Virus record (IMG/VR): IMGVR_UViG_3300042542_005136
Source of the DNA: an uncultured virus (IMG/VR IMGVR_UViG_3300042542_005136)
Taxonomy: Duplodnaviria; Heunggongvirae; Uroviricota; Caudoviricetes
Strand: one strand, 5' to 3'
DNA: 64,000 nucleotides
Below the pieces are notes generated by a model. That model was not told where the DNA came from and did not search any database. It worked only from the letters and a program-made list of their open reading frames with translations. Made by a program: the position numbers and the translations under genes. This document shows, one piece after another, positions 36,916 through 45,981 of the stretch (position 1 is its first letter; the number at the start of each line of letters is the position of its first letter).

Positions 36916-37770
36916 ATGCCCACCACCCTAACAGAGCTTTGGAGCGCCTTCTTGGAGGAGCGCTCCATTTCCTTGTGTCCAACGAGCCTTACCTCTGACT
37001 ACAGGCAAGTGACTAAATGGCTCACTCGCTGCCCCATTCAAGACATTGACGAAGCCCGTAAGATCATGATTTGGGTGCTGGGTGAAAAACCAATACTCAC
37101 CGCCAGGCGGGTGGCAATGTACACAAAAACCATGTACAAGTGGGCGTCTCAAGAGGATATCGCCTATATACCCCGAAATCCATTGGCAAGCTTCAAAATG
37201 CCAAAGGCGCCGCAAAAGGATGAAGAAATTGTCGTCATTCCTAGAAGCGAAGTCGGATTGGTTCTTGCTGCGCTAGAAGCAAAACAAACGTATCGCCATG
37301 TCAACTGGTCTTGGTACACAGAATTCATGCTTCAAACCGCTATGCGCACGGGCGAAGTGAGAGCTTTGATGTGGAACGATATCAAAGACAACAAAATTCT
37401 TGTGCATCAAAACTGGACTCTTACTCACGGACTGAAAGATAGCACCAAGACAAACAAGAAAAGATGGGTGCCCTTGAATGGCAAATGCCTTAACATTCTG
37501 GAGCAACTGCCCAAAAACAATGACTTTCTTTTCCCATGGGACCGACTGGCTTTCCAAAGCTATTTCAGGAAAAAGCTGCAGCCGCTGCATCAGGCGGGCC
37601 TGATCACTCATCTTTACAGACCATACGACTGTCGGCACACCGCCATCAGTCGCTGGATCGAGGCCGGGATCCCCGTCCCCCAAGTTGCTGCGTGGGCCGG
37701 AAATACCAGCGAAGTGATCTTCAAGCATTATTGCAATACCACGCAAGAGTACGAGATGCCCGTGCTGTGA
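36916..37770 (+). CDS. Tyrosine recombinase (no arm-binding domain)
   Basis: TAMRTGE (R), TKT (K), YDCRHT (HxxR variant), AGNT..VIFKHY (catalytic Y); 284 aa. Confidence 0.9.
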   Translation: MPTTLTELWSAFLEERSISLCPTSLTSDYRQVTKWLTRCPIQDIDEARKIMIWVLGEKPILTARRVAMYTKTMYKWASQEDIAYIPRNPLASFKMPKAPQKDEEIVVIPRSEVGLVLAALEAKQTYRHVNWSWYTEFMLQTAMRTGEVRALMWNDIKDNKILVHQNWTLTHGLKDSTKTNKKRWVPLNGKCLNILEQLPKNNDFLFPWDRLAFQSYFRKKLQPLHQAGLITHLYRPYDCRHTAISRWIEAGIPVPQVAAWAGNTSEVIFKHYCNTTQEYEMPVL

Positions 37771-37817
37771 TCTTTTCCATTCGTCCCTTAAACTAACTAA
37801 GACTGTTTTTTTGTCTC

Positions 37818-38132
37818 ATGACCACTGAATTTTCTTGGAATATTGCCACGATGGAGCGCACGCTCTCTGATGGCATTGTTTATACGCTTCACTACACGGT
37901 TGAAGCCTTTGATGGCACTTACCGCTCCAGTGCCTATGGCAGTATCGGCCTCGAGGCTCCAGAAGGCGATGAAGCCATTCCATATGCCGATCTGACGAAA
38001 GCGATCGTACTTGGCTGGCTTCTTGACAAGTTCGGAGAGGAAAAGGTGGCTGAAATTCTGGGCGCTCTTCAGGCTCAGATTGATGAGCAAAAGGCTCCCA
38101 CAAAAGGCACTGGCACGCCTTGGGCTAGCTAA
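37818..38132 (+). CDS. Tail-fibre-associated small protein
   Basis: FSWNIATMER...IPYADLT...WL...G.PW, a pattern typical of genes that follow tail fibres. Confidence 0.65.
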   Translation: MTTEFSWNIATMERTLSDGIVYTLHYTVEAFDGTYRSSAYGSIGLEAPEGDEAIPYADLTKAIVLGWLLDKFGEEKVAEILGALQAQIDEQKAPTKGTGTPWAS

Positions 38133-38155
38133 GCTTTTCTTTTCGCATTGTCCTC

Positions 38156-38293
38156 GTGGCTGTCAAAAGCAAAGCCGGAGCTTCCAGTAGCAAGCGCATC
38201 ATCGTTTCCCGTCCTAAGACCACTCGTCAGGGGCAAGGCAAAAACAGCAAGCCAAGTCACGGAAGGAAGCTAAAGCGTGGACAGGGCGGTTGA
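38156..38293 (+). CDS. Small basic protein (45 aa, not in ORF track)
   Basis: MAVKSKAG...PKTTRQGQGKNSKPSHGRKLKRGQGG. Confidence 0.6.
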   Translation: MAVKSKAGASSSKRIIVSRPKTTRQGQGKNSKPSHGRKLKRGQGG

Positions 38294-38307
38294 CGATAGC
38301 AAGAGCA

Positions 38308-38339
38308 GGAGGTAGCCTAAGGGCTGCCTCTTTTCTTTT
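38308..38339 (+). terminator. Rho-independent terminator
   Basis: GAGGTAGCC-taa-GGGCTGCCTC followed by TTTTCTTTT. Confidence 0.6.
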
Positions 38340-38588
38340 GTGGCCTTCGTCAACTCAATTTCCTTTTCCCATCGCTTTTCCGACGATGGCGTGATGCACG
38401 ACACTTGCTCGTACCAAGAAATCAATCACACTTACAGCGCCGACACCGCCACTGCACTCGCTAGAGCATACTTTCAGTTTATGGTGGCATGCGGCTATGC
38501 CCCGCAAAGTGTTATTGAAGGCATGCTGTGCATTGGCACTGAATACGAACAGGCTTATTGTTACGATGGAGAGAAAGCTAGGGATTAG
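38340..38588 (+). CDS. Hypothetical protein
   Basis: 82-aa ORF (YFQFMVACGYAPQSV). Confidence 0.6.
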   Translation: MAFVNSISFSHRFSDDGVMHDTCSYQEINHTYSADTATALARAYFQFMVACGYAPQSVIEGMLCIGTEYEQAYCYDGEKARD

Positions 38589-38590
38589 TC

Positions 38591-39823
38591 ATGGGGCAAA
38601 TTGTGCGCGGTGGTGAGCAGTTTGAAACCCATATTGAGGCTGATCATCGCGGGCAAATACTCGCCAAGGGCCCCGACAGTGGCGCTCTCGACGCTTTTGG
38701 TAGACAACGCTTTAGCGAGCCGTTCACTTTGTTTGATTCGGCATTGCAATACAGTAAGCGCACCGATCTGTGGGACGAACAAGCTGTAGGTAGCGGAAGC
38801 ACTCTTTATCTGCCAAATGAAAGCTCCTTGGAGTTAAATACCACCACTGCGTCTGGAGATACAGTGTTGCGGCGCTCCAAGCGGAGCCTGCCTTATCAGC
38901 CGGGCAAAAGCTTGATGGTGCTGGCTAGTTTTGTTGGCAATGCTCCCACAGATGGCCTGGTGCAGGAGATTGGCTTTTTTAACGACAACAATGGTGTAAT
39001 GTTGAGAGCAAGTGGCACGACCATTTCGTTCGTTGTTCGCAGTAAAGCAACAGGAACAGTGGTAGAGAACATTGTCCCTCAGTCGTCGTGGAATATTGAC
39101 ACTTTTTCTGCCTTAAATTTTTCAAAAGCTAATATCTTCACTGCCGACCTGGAATGGCTGGGGGTGGGGCGCGTAAGGTGTGGATTCGTTGTTGACGGAG
39201 AAATTAAATATTGTCACGAATTTAACCATGCCAACACGATTGATAGTGTTTATATGACATCGGCAACATTGCCAGTGTCTTATCGAATTCACAATTCTTC
39301 TTCCATCGCCGCCAATGCATCGTTAAGGCAGATTTGCACTGCTGTTGTCAGCGAGGGTGGTTATCAGCCAACGGGGCCCATCTATATAGCTGGTCGAGGA
39401 GTGGAAACGTTTACTGCTATCACTGCGGAAACGCTTGTAGCAGCTATTCGCATTGCTAGCGGTCGCACCGATAACGTGATAATTCCCGCTCAAATTGATG
39501 CCAGTATAGGCGGAAATCCAGCTTCTAATATTGTCGCGCAATGGCGCCTACGGCTTAATCCAACCATCAGTGGCGCATGGACTGCTGCTAGTAATGGCAG
39601 GGGAAATGTGGAAGTTATGAGCAGCGGCACTTTTTCTGGTGGCACTGTTATTGGAGGAGGTTTGGTTGCATCGCGCAGTAGTATTGAATTTGACCCCGAA
39701 AGCGGACTCGCCTTGGCCCTTGGCAGCACCATTGACGGTACTAGCGACGTTATAGCTTTGACTATTCAATGCAGTACCAGCGAGCAGGCTACAGGGCTGC
39801 TGGGGTGGAGAGAAGTTGTCTAA
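38591..39823 (+). CDS. Putative virion structural protein
   Basis: DAFGRQRFSEPFTLFDS, YQPGKS, DLEWLGVGRVRCGF, C..VVSEGG; beta-rich. Confidence 0.65.
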   Translation: MGQIVRGGEQFETHIEADHRGQILAKGPDSGALDAFGRQRFSEPFTLFDSALQYSKRTDLWDEQAVGSGSTLYLPNESSLELNTTTASGDTVLRRSKRSLPYQPGKSLMVLASFVGNAPTDGLVQEIGFFNDNNGVMLRASGTTISFVVRSKATGTVVENIVPQSSWNIDTFSALNFSKANIFTADLEWLGVGRVRCGFVVDGEIKYCHEFNHANTIDSVYMTSATLPVSYRIHNSSSIAANASLRQICTAVVSEGGYQPTGPIYIAGRGVETFTAITAETLVAAIRIASGRTDNVIIPAQIDASIGGNPASNIVAQWRLRLNPTISGAWTAASNGRGNVEVMSSGTFSGGTVIGGGLVASRSSIEFDPESGLALALGSTIDGTSDVIALTIQCSTSEQATGLLGWREVV

Positions 39824-39851
39824 AATATTTTACAGGCACTAAGGCTTCGCC

Positions 39852-39959
39852 ATGATCACTCCAAGCAAGCACGATATTACCGTTTATCAAGGAGCCACCT
39901 TTGAACTGCAAGTGCAGCATAAGGATTCTTCTGGCACACCTGTGAAAATGATTGACTAA
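39852..39959 (+). pseudogene. Possible truncated remnant of a beta-sandwich virion protein
   Basis: MITPSKHDITVYQGATFELQVQHKDSSGTPV then an early stop. Confidence 0.45.
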
Positions 39960-40020
39960 ACGATGTAACTATTGATTGTGGAGAGTTTTAGGAGTAAGCT
40001 TGAGCGGCAAACAGAAACTG

Positions 40021-40377
40021 ATGGAGGATCCTTTGGTGGATTGGTTGAACACTCCTGAAATCAAAGCCTTTCGTGAAGCTTGGCAGGCAGAAGAGGTAAG
40101 AGCGCAGGCGGAAGATCAAGCCTGGTGGGACAGCCTCAATATAGAGGAAAGAGCAAGATGCTTCAGGCAAATGATGAAGCTCATGCACAAGGCGGAGGTC
40201 AAAGACAGAGGCTCCTATCGCTACGCCATGTACGACGTTTTCAGCGTGGACTATTGCGACGGACTAGCTCACTACATGGACCTGCACAATGCTATTTATC
40301 GTGGCCTGGAAGCGGACAGAAGGGCCTATAGGACGGATGATGAGGATGTACTAGGCGAAGATACAACTGGCCCGTGA
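40021..40377 (+). CDS. Hypothetical protein
   Basis: WWDSL...DRGSYRYAMYDVF...YMDLHNAI. Confidence 0.7.
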   Translation: MEDPLVDWLNTPEIKAFREAWQAEEVRAQAEDQAWWDSLNIEERARCFRQMMKLMHKAEVKDRGSYRYAMYDVFSVDYCDGLAHYMDLHNAIYRGLEADRRAYRTDDEDVLGEDTTGP

Positions 40378-40431
40378 GAGCCGCTCCTGCGGACAGCAGC
40401 ATTAAGCCTACGATTACTTCCATCGTCTGTC

Positions 40432-40839
40432 CTATTCTCCTTCCATTTTACTGGGGAGCTGCCAAGTGATACGGAGTTCCCATCCCAGAGCCTTAATGTC
40501 GTCGCTAGCGTCTGGAGGTGCTTCACGCACGATCATCACAGAAGGAACGATGGCATCAGGTAAGGGCGTAACAGTGGCCTCAGGAAATAGCTCTCGAGCC
40601 TTATCAGCAAGCTGATTCGCCTTGGCTTCCCTTTCGTCTTTTTCCCATTGCTTCACCAAAGCAGCAGCTTGCTTGTCCACTGCTTCCATCACCACTTTTG
40701 TTTTCCACTCTGTCCAGTCGGGCCTGCAATAGGCCATGAGCATCTTGAACCAAGGTTTTCCCGCTAGCGAAGGCCATTGTCCTGCGACCCAAAGGCCAGC
40801 TTCGTAGCACAGTGCATTTAGCCAGGACTGCCGGTTCAT
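40432..40839 (-). CDS. Hypothetical protein
   Basis: 135-aa ORF downstream of the endolysin. Confidence 0.65.
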   Translation of the reverse strand: MNRQSWLNALCYEAGLWVAGQWPSLAGKPWFKMLMAYCRPDWTEWKTKVVMEAVDKQAAALVKQWEKDEREAKANQLADKARELFPEATVTPLPDAIVPSVMIVREAPPDASDDIKALGWELRITWQLPSKMEGE

Positions 40840-40885
40840 CCTTCTCTTTTTTTCATAAAATAAAAGAGCAATGGAAGTACGTTGC

Positions 40886-41827
40886 TTAACCTTCCTGGAA
40901 AACTGACAGAAATACTGTGCCGGCCTTGGTTAGCGGCAATACTTTATCGCGAAGATCAATGTTAAAGATTCTGCAACAACCATGAGTTGGTACTAGCGGC
41001 TGCTTGGGTGCCCACGCGCCCGGCCAGCCATTTGCGGACCCACCCCCGTGGAGGCAAATTCCAGAGCGTCCGTGCTTGGCCTCTTGATTTTCTAACTCAA
41101 CCATGTCAAAGGTGTACCAGCCATACGCCATTAGAGTGCGGTCGTAAGCAGGGTTGTTCCCAACTCGTTCATAGTCTCTGTAAATAGCTCCCAATTTGTA
41201 TAGGCCAGGAGGACAGTCAGAGTTTTTAATCTTCCATTCAAAATCGCTATATTGTCCACGAGCTAAGCAGGGAATTTCCCATAGTAGTTTTCCTTCAAAA
41301 GAAAAAGCCTTCATCGTCTCCACTAGATCATTGACGATTAAATGGGAGTCGCCTCTCTTGAAACCAAAATCTTGCGGGCGTTTCTTTGGGCCGATCATGG
41401 TAGAAGTGGTGGATTCGGGAGCGTATTGTTTCATGAGCCGCGAAAGTTTCGCGGGATATTCTGGGTCAGTGGCGTATTTCTGCTCCTTAAGCATGCGAGC
41501 AGCGGCGTAACGATTAGGAGCATTGTTAATGCCCTTAAACTGCCTATAGTCTTTATACCAGCGAGTGATGAGATATTCGATGCAGGCGGATAAGCTTGGA
41601 AAATCAATGAAGCCCGCCTTGATTGTCACCCACTTCCCATCGTAAAATTCTTGCGTAGATACCACGCTGCCCCCGCCCTTTAGGCCAAGGTAGTTGTGCT
41701 TGCCAGAAGTGTGTTGGCCAAAGCCGCTCTCTAAACAGCATTGAGCCGCCACAAGCTCTGGGAATCGCGCCCCGTGCTTGCGAGCAAGCTGAAAACACTC
41801 ATCCCAGAACTCTTTGCTTGTGGCCAC
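40886..41827 (-). CDS. Endolysin: GH73 glucosaminidase + L,D-transpeptidase-like domain
   Basis: AAQCCLESGFG, NYLGLKG, YATDPEY; C-terminal ICLHGGGS...THGCCR. Confidence 0.85.
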   Translation of the reverse strand: MATSKEFWDECFQLARKHGARFPELVAAQCCLESGFGQHTSGKHNYLGLKGGGSVVSTQEFYDGKWVTIKAGFIDFPSLSACIEYLITRWYKDYRQFKGINNAPNRYAAARMLKEQKYATDPEYPAKLSRLMKQYAPESTTSTMIGPKKRPQDFGFKRGDSHLIVNDLVETMKAFSFEGKLLWEIPCLARGQYSDFEWKIKNSDCPPGLYKLGAIYRDYERVGNNPAYDRTLMAYGWYTFDMVELENQEAKHGRSGICLHGGGSANGWPGAWAPKQPLVPTHGCCRIFNIDLRDKVLPLTKAGTVFLSVFQEG

Positions 41828-41832
41828 TGGCT

Positions 41833-41976
41833 TTAGCCCTTCACGCGGAAGATAGCCTTAAGACCAGTGAGGAGCAATTGAATGAGGTTGTTCTCTTTCC
41901 AAGGAGTGTGTTGAATCACCTGATCGAGAGCAGCAATGACAATGCCGCCAACAACGAACCACTCGACGCCAGTCAT
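41833..41976 (-). CDS. Small membrane protein, holin candidate (47 aa, not in ORF track)
   Basis: MTGVEWFVVGGIVIAALDQVIQHTPWKENNLIQLLLTGLKAIFRVKG, directly upstream of the endolysin. Confidence 0.6.
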   Translation of the reverse strand: MTGVEWFVVGGIVIAALDQVIQHTPWKENNLIQLLLTGLKAIFRVKG

Positions 41977-42001
41977 GATCGTAAAGAAAGTTTCTTAAAG
42001 C

Positions 42002-42211
42002 CTAGCGTCCAATTTCAAGCGAACGCACCCTTGTTTCCAAGCCCTTAATATTTTCTGTGAGTTGATCAAGCTTCTCTGCAATGTTCTCCACTTGCGTGGT
42101 GATCTTCACTTGCTGCTGGCCAATGCTCATCATCATGCCACCAGTGGCGAGCAGCATGCCAGCAGTAATGCTCACGGCCAAATGCGCTAGTTGTTCCTGC
42201 CAGGCATTCAT
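42002..42211 (-). CDS. Membrane-anchored coiled-coil protein (lysis module)
   Basis: N-terminal hydrophobic helix plus heptad C-terminus ending RVRSLE. Confidence 0.6.
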   Translation of the reverse strand: MNAWQEQLAHLAVSITAGMLLATGGMMMSIGQQQVKITTQVENIAEKLDQLTENIKGLETRVRSLEIGR

Positions 42212-42296
42212 TGCACGCAAGCTTTTTGTCCATTCTAAACAATTCCCACGCCGTTGTTTTTCTGGGTAGGCTTAAGGCAAGACAACTTATTTCGCC

Positions 42297-42782
42297 ATGG
42301 GGAAAGGAAATGAGGCCGACTTTCTTCTTTATTCCCTTTGTGAATTACGCCCTGGAGAAGCTAAGCGTCGTTTCCGAAAAAGTATTTTTGAAGACTACTT
42401 CCTGCGAGGCCCATTTGGTCACTGTGCCTGTGCTTATTGCGGCAAGTGGACGGAAAATCTGACCATCGACCACATTGTTCCCAAGAGCAAAGGCGGTCCG
42501 CATTTTTCAAAATGGAACAGCGCTCCTGCTTGCCTGTCCTGCAATGCGAGCAAGGGAAGCCTGCCAGTGTTTGAATGGTGGCGACCACAGAAGTTTTGGA
42601 CGCCAGAACGGGAAGAAAAACTTCTTGCGTGGGTGCATGCTCATAGCTTCATCAGTGCTCATACAGACATTGGAGAGTGGGAGCAATGGATGGAGCAAAC
42701 GCAGCGAATCGTGCCAGTGCATGATGAAAAGCAAAAGGCGGCTTTGTGGCCGCCTTTGTCGCAATTAAAGCTTGCTAGTTAA
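42297..42782 (+). CDS. HNH endonuclease
   Basis: CAYCG...TIDHIVPKSKGG...N..PACLSCNASKG. Confidence 0.88.
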   Translation: MGKGNEADFLLYSLCELRPGEAKRRFRKSIFEDYFLRGPFGHCACAYCGKWTENLTIDHIVPKSKGGPHFSKWNSAPACLSCNASKGSLPVFEWWRPQKFWTPEREEKLLAWVHAHSFISAHTDIGEWEQWMEQTQRIVPVHDEKQKAALWPPLSQLKLAS

Positions 42783-43140
42783 TTGGCTCGAATAGTTCTG
42801 AAGGACCTTGTCTGACGGAGGGCATGGGACAAAAGCCGTCTGTGCATTCTTCTTCTAAGCCCAAACTTTCTCGCATGATGGCTAGCACTTTCGTCGCCGT
42901 GTCATCGGCCTTCGCTTCCTCTGTCTCGACCATGGCAATTAAGCGATCCAGGTACCACTGAGCCTTTTTGAGGTCTTGAGCGCCATTTTTCATTTCATAG
43001 CGCCAAACGTATTTCAAAATGTTGCCCTTGAGCATGCCCTTAAAGGCTTCTCCGCTCATGGAAGCTTCGATGGCTTCGATGGCTTCGATGGCGCCGCTGG
43101 CGTAGTGCGACGGACTGTTCACGGGATCATGCATGATCAA
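42775..43140 (-). CDS. DUF3310 (SaV-like) protein
   Basis: DPVNSPSHY..GAIEAIEAI...GNILKYVWRY..KNG..DLKKAQWYL. Confidence 0.85.
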   Translation of the reverse strand: MIMHDPVNSPSHYASGAIEAIEAIEASMSGEAFKGMLKGNILKYVWRYEMKNGAQDLKKAQWYLDRLIAMVETEEAKADDTATKVLAIMRESLGLEEECTDGFCPMPSVRQGPSELFEPIN

Positions 43141-43850
43141 AATTGGTAGTTGTTGGTTTCAAAAGCCGCAAAGGCTTCAGGAGCGATGGGGCGAGCAAGC
43201 TCTAGCAAAGCCTCGGCATAGGCCACAATTTCATACTGAGCGCCCTTGCCAATGCGAAGGCTGATGAAATGCAGCAAAGCCTGCAGCGAGCATGTCCAGA
43301 CAAAACTGGTATACATAGCAGGAGGCAGAATAGCTCGAGCCTGCTCCTTGCTCACTCCCATTGCAATCAGCTCCTCATAGGCCGCCTTGGCCGTCGCTAC
43401 GCCCTGCACGTAGAAAAGCCTGGCCCTTGACTGTGCGCTGGTGCTAACGGGGCCTGCAGACGCTTGACGGTTGCTCTCCGCTTGTCCCAGGAACTGGTCA
43501 GGCATGTAAAACTGAGCATCTTCTGCTGAGCAATAGCGAAAGCTCTTTTCGTTCCAGCCAAGTTGATCGTCAACATAAGTAGAGGCAACAGTGTGCTTCC
43601 ACCATTGACGAGCAACAAATAAAGGCGCCTTCACCTGCCACTTAAACACCACGCCACGAAATGGGCTTGTGTGGTGCTCACGAGCAAGATAGTTGAGAAG
43701 CTTTTCGTCCTTCTCATCCCATTGCTCTTTTCTGTTATCAAAGCTTTGACGGGCATCATTTACCACGGACAAACTATTGCCCATGGAGTCGATGAGAGCT
43801 ACGAGGCTCTTGCCGTCTTTAAGGGGATCAATGGAAGGGAAATTAGTCAT
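43137..43850 (-). CDS. thyX: Flavin-dependent thymidylate synthase
   Basis: VVNDARQS, HTSPF, APLFVARQWWKH, NEKSFRY, EQARAILP, AQYEI. Confidence 0.87.
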   Translation of the reverse strand: MTNFPSIDPLKDGKSLVALIDSMGNSLSVVNDARQSFDNRKEQWDEKDEKLLNYLAREHHTSPFRGVVFKWQVKAPLFVARQWWKHTVASTYVDDQLGWNEKSFRYCSAEDAQFYMPDQFLGQAESNRQASAGPVSTSAQSRARLFYVQGVATAKAAYEELIAMGVSKEQARAILPPAMYTSFVWTCSLQALLHFISLRIGKGAQYEIVAYAEALLELARPIAPEAFAAFETNNYQF

Positions 43851-44052
43851 TGGAGGTGCGATCAGTGCCAGTCATCAGGCGGAAGGTAAAAGCAAGGAGC
43901 CACCATTGCCAAAAGCCGAGCGCAAAGGTCGGGAAAAGAATGGCGGCGCAAAGGCTGAGCATCCATGCACGCAGGCAAGTGATCAAAAATGCGCTGATGC
44001 TTAAACCAACAAGGCGTCCAAGCTTTGTGGCCGTGTCGTCAGAGACAGTCAT
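43843..44052 (-). CDS. Small membrane protein
   Basis: Two hydrophobic segments. Confidence 0.6.
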   Translation of the reverse strand: MTVSDDTATKLGRLVGLSISAFLITCLRAWMLSLCAAILFPTFALGFWQWWLLAFTFRLMTGTDRTSND

Positions 44053-44421
44053 TGAGGAATGAAGGCGATGGGGCGGATGCGTTGAATTGCCACTGTACTA
44101 GAGACGAGAGTATCCTTTCGCTCCCAGGCGACCACTGCCGCTTTTCTTCCATTGCTTTTAACAAAACCTTGGAAGATGCCGAAGAGGCTTGTCGGCACCA
44201 TACCAGCCCCTGTGAGGGTGACCAGTACCACTCGCTCTCCAATGGTCCATGCATAGTTCTTGGGCAACTGCGGCAGTCTATGCTTTCTGCTCAGTGGGCG
44301 CAAGACTTTCTGGCAGTCCGAACCTTCTTTTTCGGCATTCCTACCATCATCCACTGCCTTGACAAAACTCTTGCGACCATCATGTTGCTTTAGCCTAAAG
44401 ACAACAAAGGAGGGCGAATGC

Positions 44422-44781
44422 ATGAGCTTTTGTATTCCAGTGGAGATGGTCTACAATGGTCAGATCAAGCGGGGCATTATGGGACCGTTCGAGCATTCAG
44501 CAGAGCGTCAGTTTGCTTTAACAGTAAACAAACGAGCCATTGACGAATGCTCAAGCTTGGATCAGTTGAAGCCAGTAGCAAAGAATTTGCTTGAAGGGTG
44601 GTCCACCATGAATACGGCCCTGCAAAGCATGATGCTGGAAAACATTCAACTTCGTCAGGCGCTAGCCAAGAAAGAGCTTGATTTACGGGCAGCGGATGAG
44701 CTCATGAACGAGGCCGCTGAGATTGTGCAACAATATGCGAAGCAATCAAAGAAAGCCAAGTCGAGTCTTTGGCCATGGTAG
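44422..44781 (+). CDS. Hypothetical coiled-coil protein
   Basis: GGAGG upstream; heptad-rich C-terminal half. Confidence 0.6.
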   Translation: MSFCIPVEMVYNGQIKRGIMGPFEHSAERQFALTVNKRAIDECSSLDQLKPVAKNLLEGWSTMNTALQSMMLENIQLRQALAKKELDLRAADELMNEAAEIVQQYAKQSKKAKSSLWPW

Positions 44782-45082
44782 AAGTTAGAAGAAAGATCGT
44801 CCAGCCGCTTGTGTACGCGAGATTATATTTTTTGCAATCGCGCTCATAACCAGAGCCAGTGACGTGGCGGCCACGACTGTAAACGCCACCTTGGATTTCG
44901 ATGCCAGTGCGAGAGAGGGGGTGAGCAAAGTCAAGGCGATACCGTTTCGATCGTTTGCTGCGGGAATAGCGCTCTTGAAAATCTTTTTCCCACGCATCAA
45001 TATCAGAAAATTCTCTTTCAAGAATTAACTTTGGGAAATGCGCTTGCCAAAGGCTGAGAAACTGATCTTCAAGAGCGCTCAA
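44702..45082 (-). CDS. PD-(D/E)XK endonuclease (Vsr/DUF559-like)
   Basis: SALE..F...YRLDFA...IEIQGG...H...YERDCKKYN....GW. Confidence 0.8.
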   Translation of the reverse strand: MSALEDQFLSLWQAHFPKLILEREFSDIDAWEKDFQERYSRSKRSKRYRLDFAHPLSRTGIEIQGGVYSRGRHVTGSGYERDCKKYNLAYTSGWTIFLLTSTMAKDSTWLSLIASHIVAQSQRPRS

Positions 45083-45085
45083 TGC

Positions 45086-45679
45086 CTACACGGCAGCTAG
45101 CTGTACTTTAGCCCCTTGGTTCTGGTAGTGGCCGGAATAAGCCTCTTCTACGGCACCATCGAGCTGGTAAAGCATCACCTGCACAATTCCTTCGTTCGCA
45201 TAGATGCGAGCGGGAAATGCCGTGGGATTGGCAATGTGCATGGTGAGATGGCCGGCCCAGCCAGGTTCAATGGGCGTCACGTTGATGATGATGCCACAGC
45301 GAGCGTAGGTGGACTTTCCATCGCATAGCCCCATGATGGACGGAGGCATGGAAATCAATTCCAGGCTCACGCCAAGGCCAAAGCTATGGGGAGGCAGGAC
45401 GAACCAACTTCCATGGGGACCATGATTCAGACAAGCTTCATAGCCAGTGATTGGCATGAGCTTGGGGTCAAGCGTTGGCTTGCTTTTCCCTTTGTAGTCT
45501 TTCCCATCGAAAATCAGGAACTGGTCAGGCGACAGGCGAATGTCATAACCTGCCTGGGAAAGGCCATACGAGATGGCCTTGGTTCCACAGTCAAGAGACC
45601 GTCGCTTTTCGCCTACGAAAGGAAGGAAGATGTCCAGCTCTGCGAGCTTGGTAATTTCCTTGTCGTAGAGCAGGCTCAT
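45086..45679 (-). CDS. dcd: dCTP deaminase
   Basis: ISYGLSQAGYDIRL, GKSTYARCG, TPIEPGW, IYANEGIVQ, YQNQ. Confidence 0.9.
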   Translation of the reverse strand: MSLLYDKEITKLAELDIFLPFVGEKRRSLDCGTKAISYGLSQAGYDIRLSPDQFLIFDGKDYKGKSKPTLDPKLMPITGYEACLNHGPHGSWFVLPPHSFGLGVSLELISMPPSIMGLCDGKSTYARCGIIINVTPIEPGWAGHLTMHIANPTAFPARIYANEGIVQVMLYQLDGAVEEAYSGHYQNQGAKVQLAAV

Positions 45680-45682
45680 GGC

Positions 45683-45934
45683 TCAGAAAAGGTCGTCAGA
45701 GCCGCCTTCACGATTGTCCCAAAGACTGGCATAGCCTTTGGCGCCTTCCTTCTGGCCTTTCACCTTGACAGAGCCGGTGAAGCCAGGAGCACGGTCGGAA
45801 GTCTTGCGCTCGTTCGGCCAGACAGCCATGTCGAGAGAATAGTTGCCGCGCTCGTTGGGGCCTGCTTCCTTAAGGGCCTTCAGAACGTCAACCGTGAGGT
45901 CGATAGCAGCAGTGATTGGAGGCTTTCCAGCCAT
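45683..45934 (-). CDS. Putative small single-stranded DNA-binding protein
   Basis: KTSDRAPGFTGSV core; acidic C-terminus DDLF; located in the recombination operon. Confidence 0.5.
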   Translation of the reverse strand: MAGKPPITAAIDLTVDVLKALKEAGPNERGNYSLDMAVWPNERKTSDRAPGFTGSVKVKGQKEGAKGYASLWDNREGGSDDLF

Positions 45935-45981
45935 GGTGTTTCTCCTGAGGAGTGATGGAGCCCTTTGTGGGCCCGCCAATC

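Noticed and set aside
33686..37770. Diversity-generating retroelement or invertible shufflon at the tail fibre
   Set aside because: No reverse transcriptase, no template/variable repeat pair and no inverted silent fibre ends were seen.
43137..43850. ThyX variant as a DNA base-modification enzyme
   Set aside because: The motif differs from RHR (KHT plus an insertion), but the rest is ordinary ThyX next to dcd, and nothing else supports a new activity.
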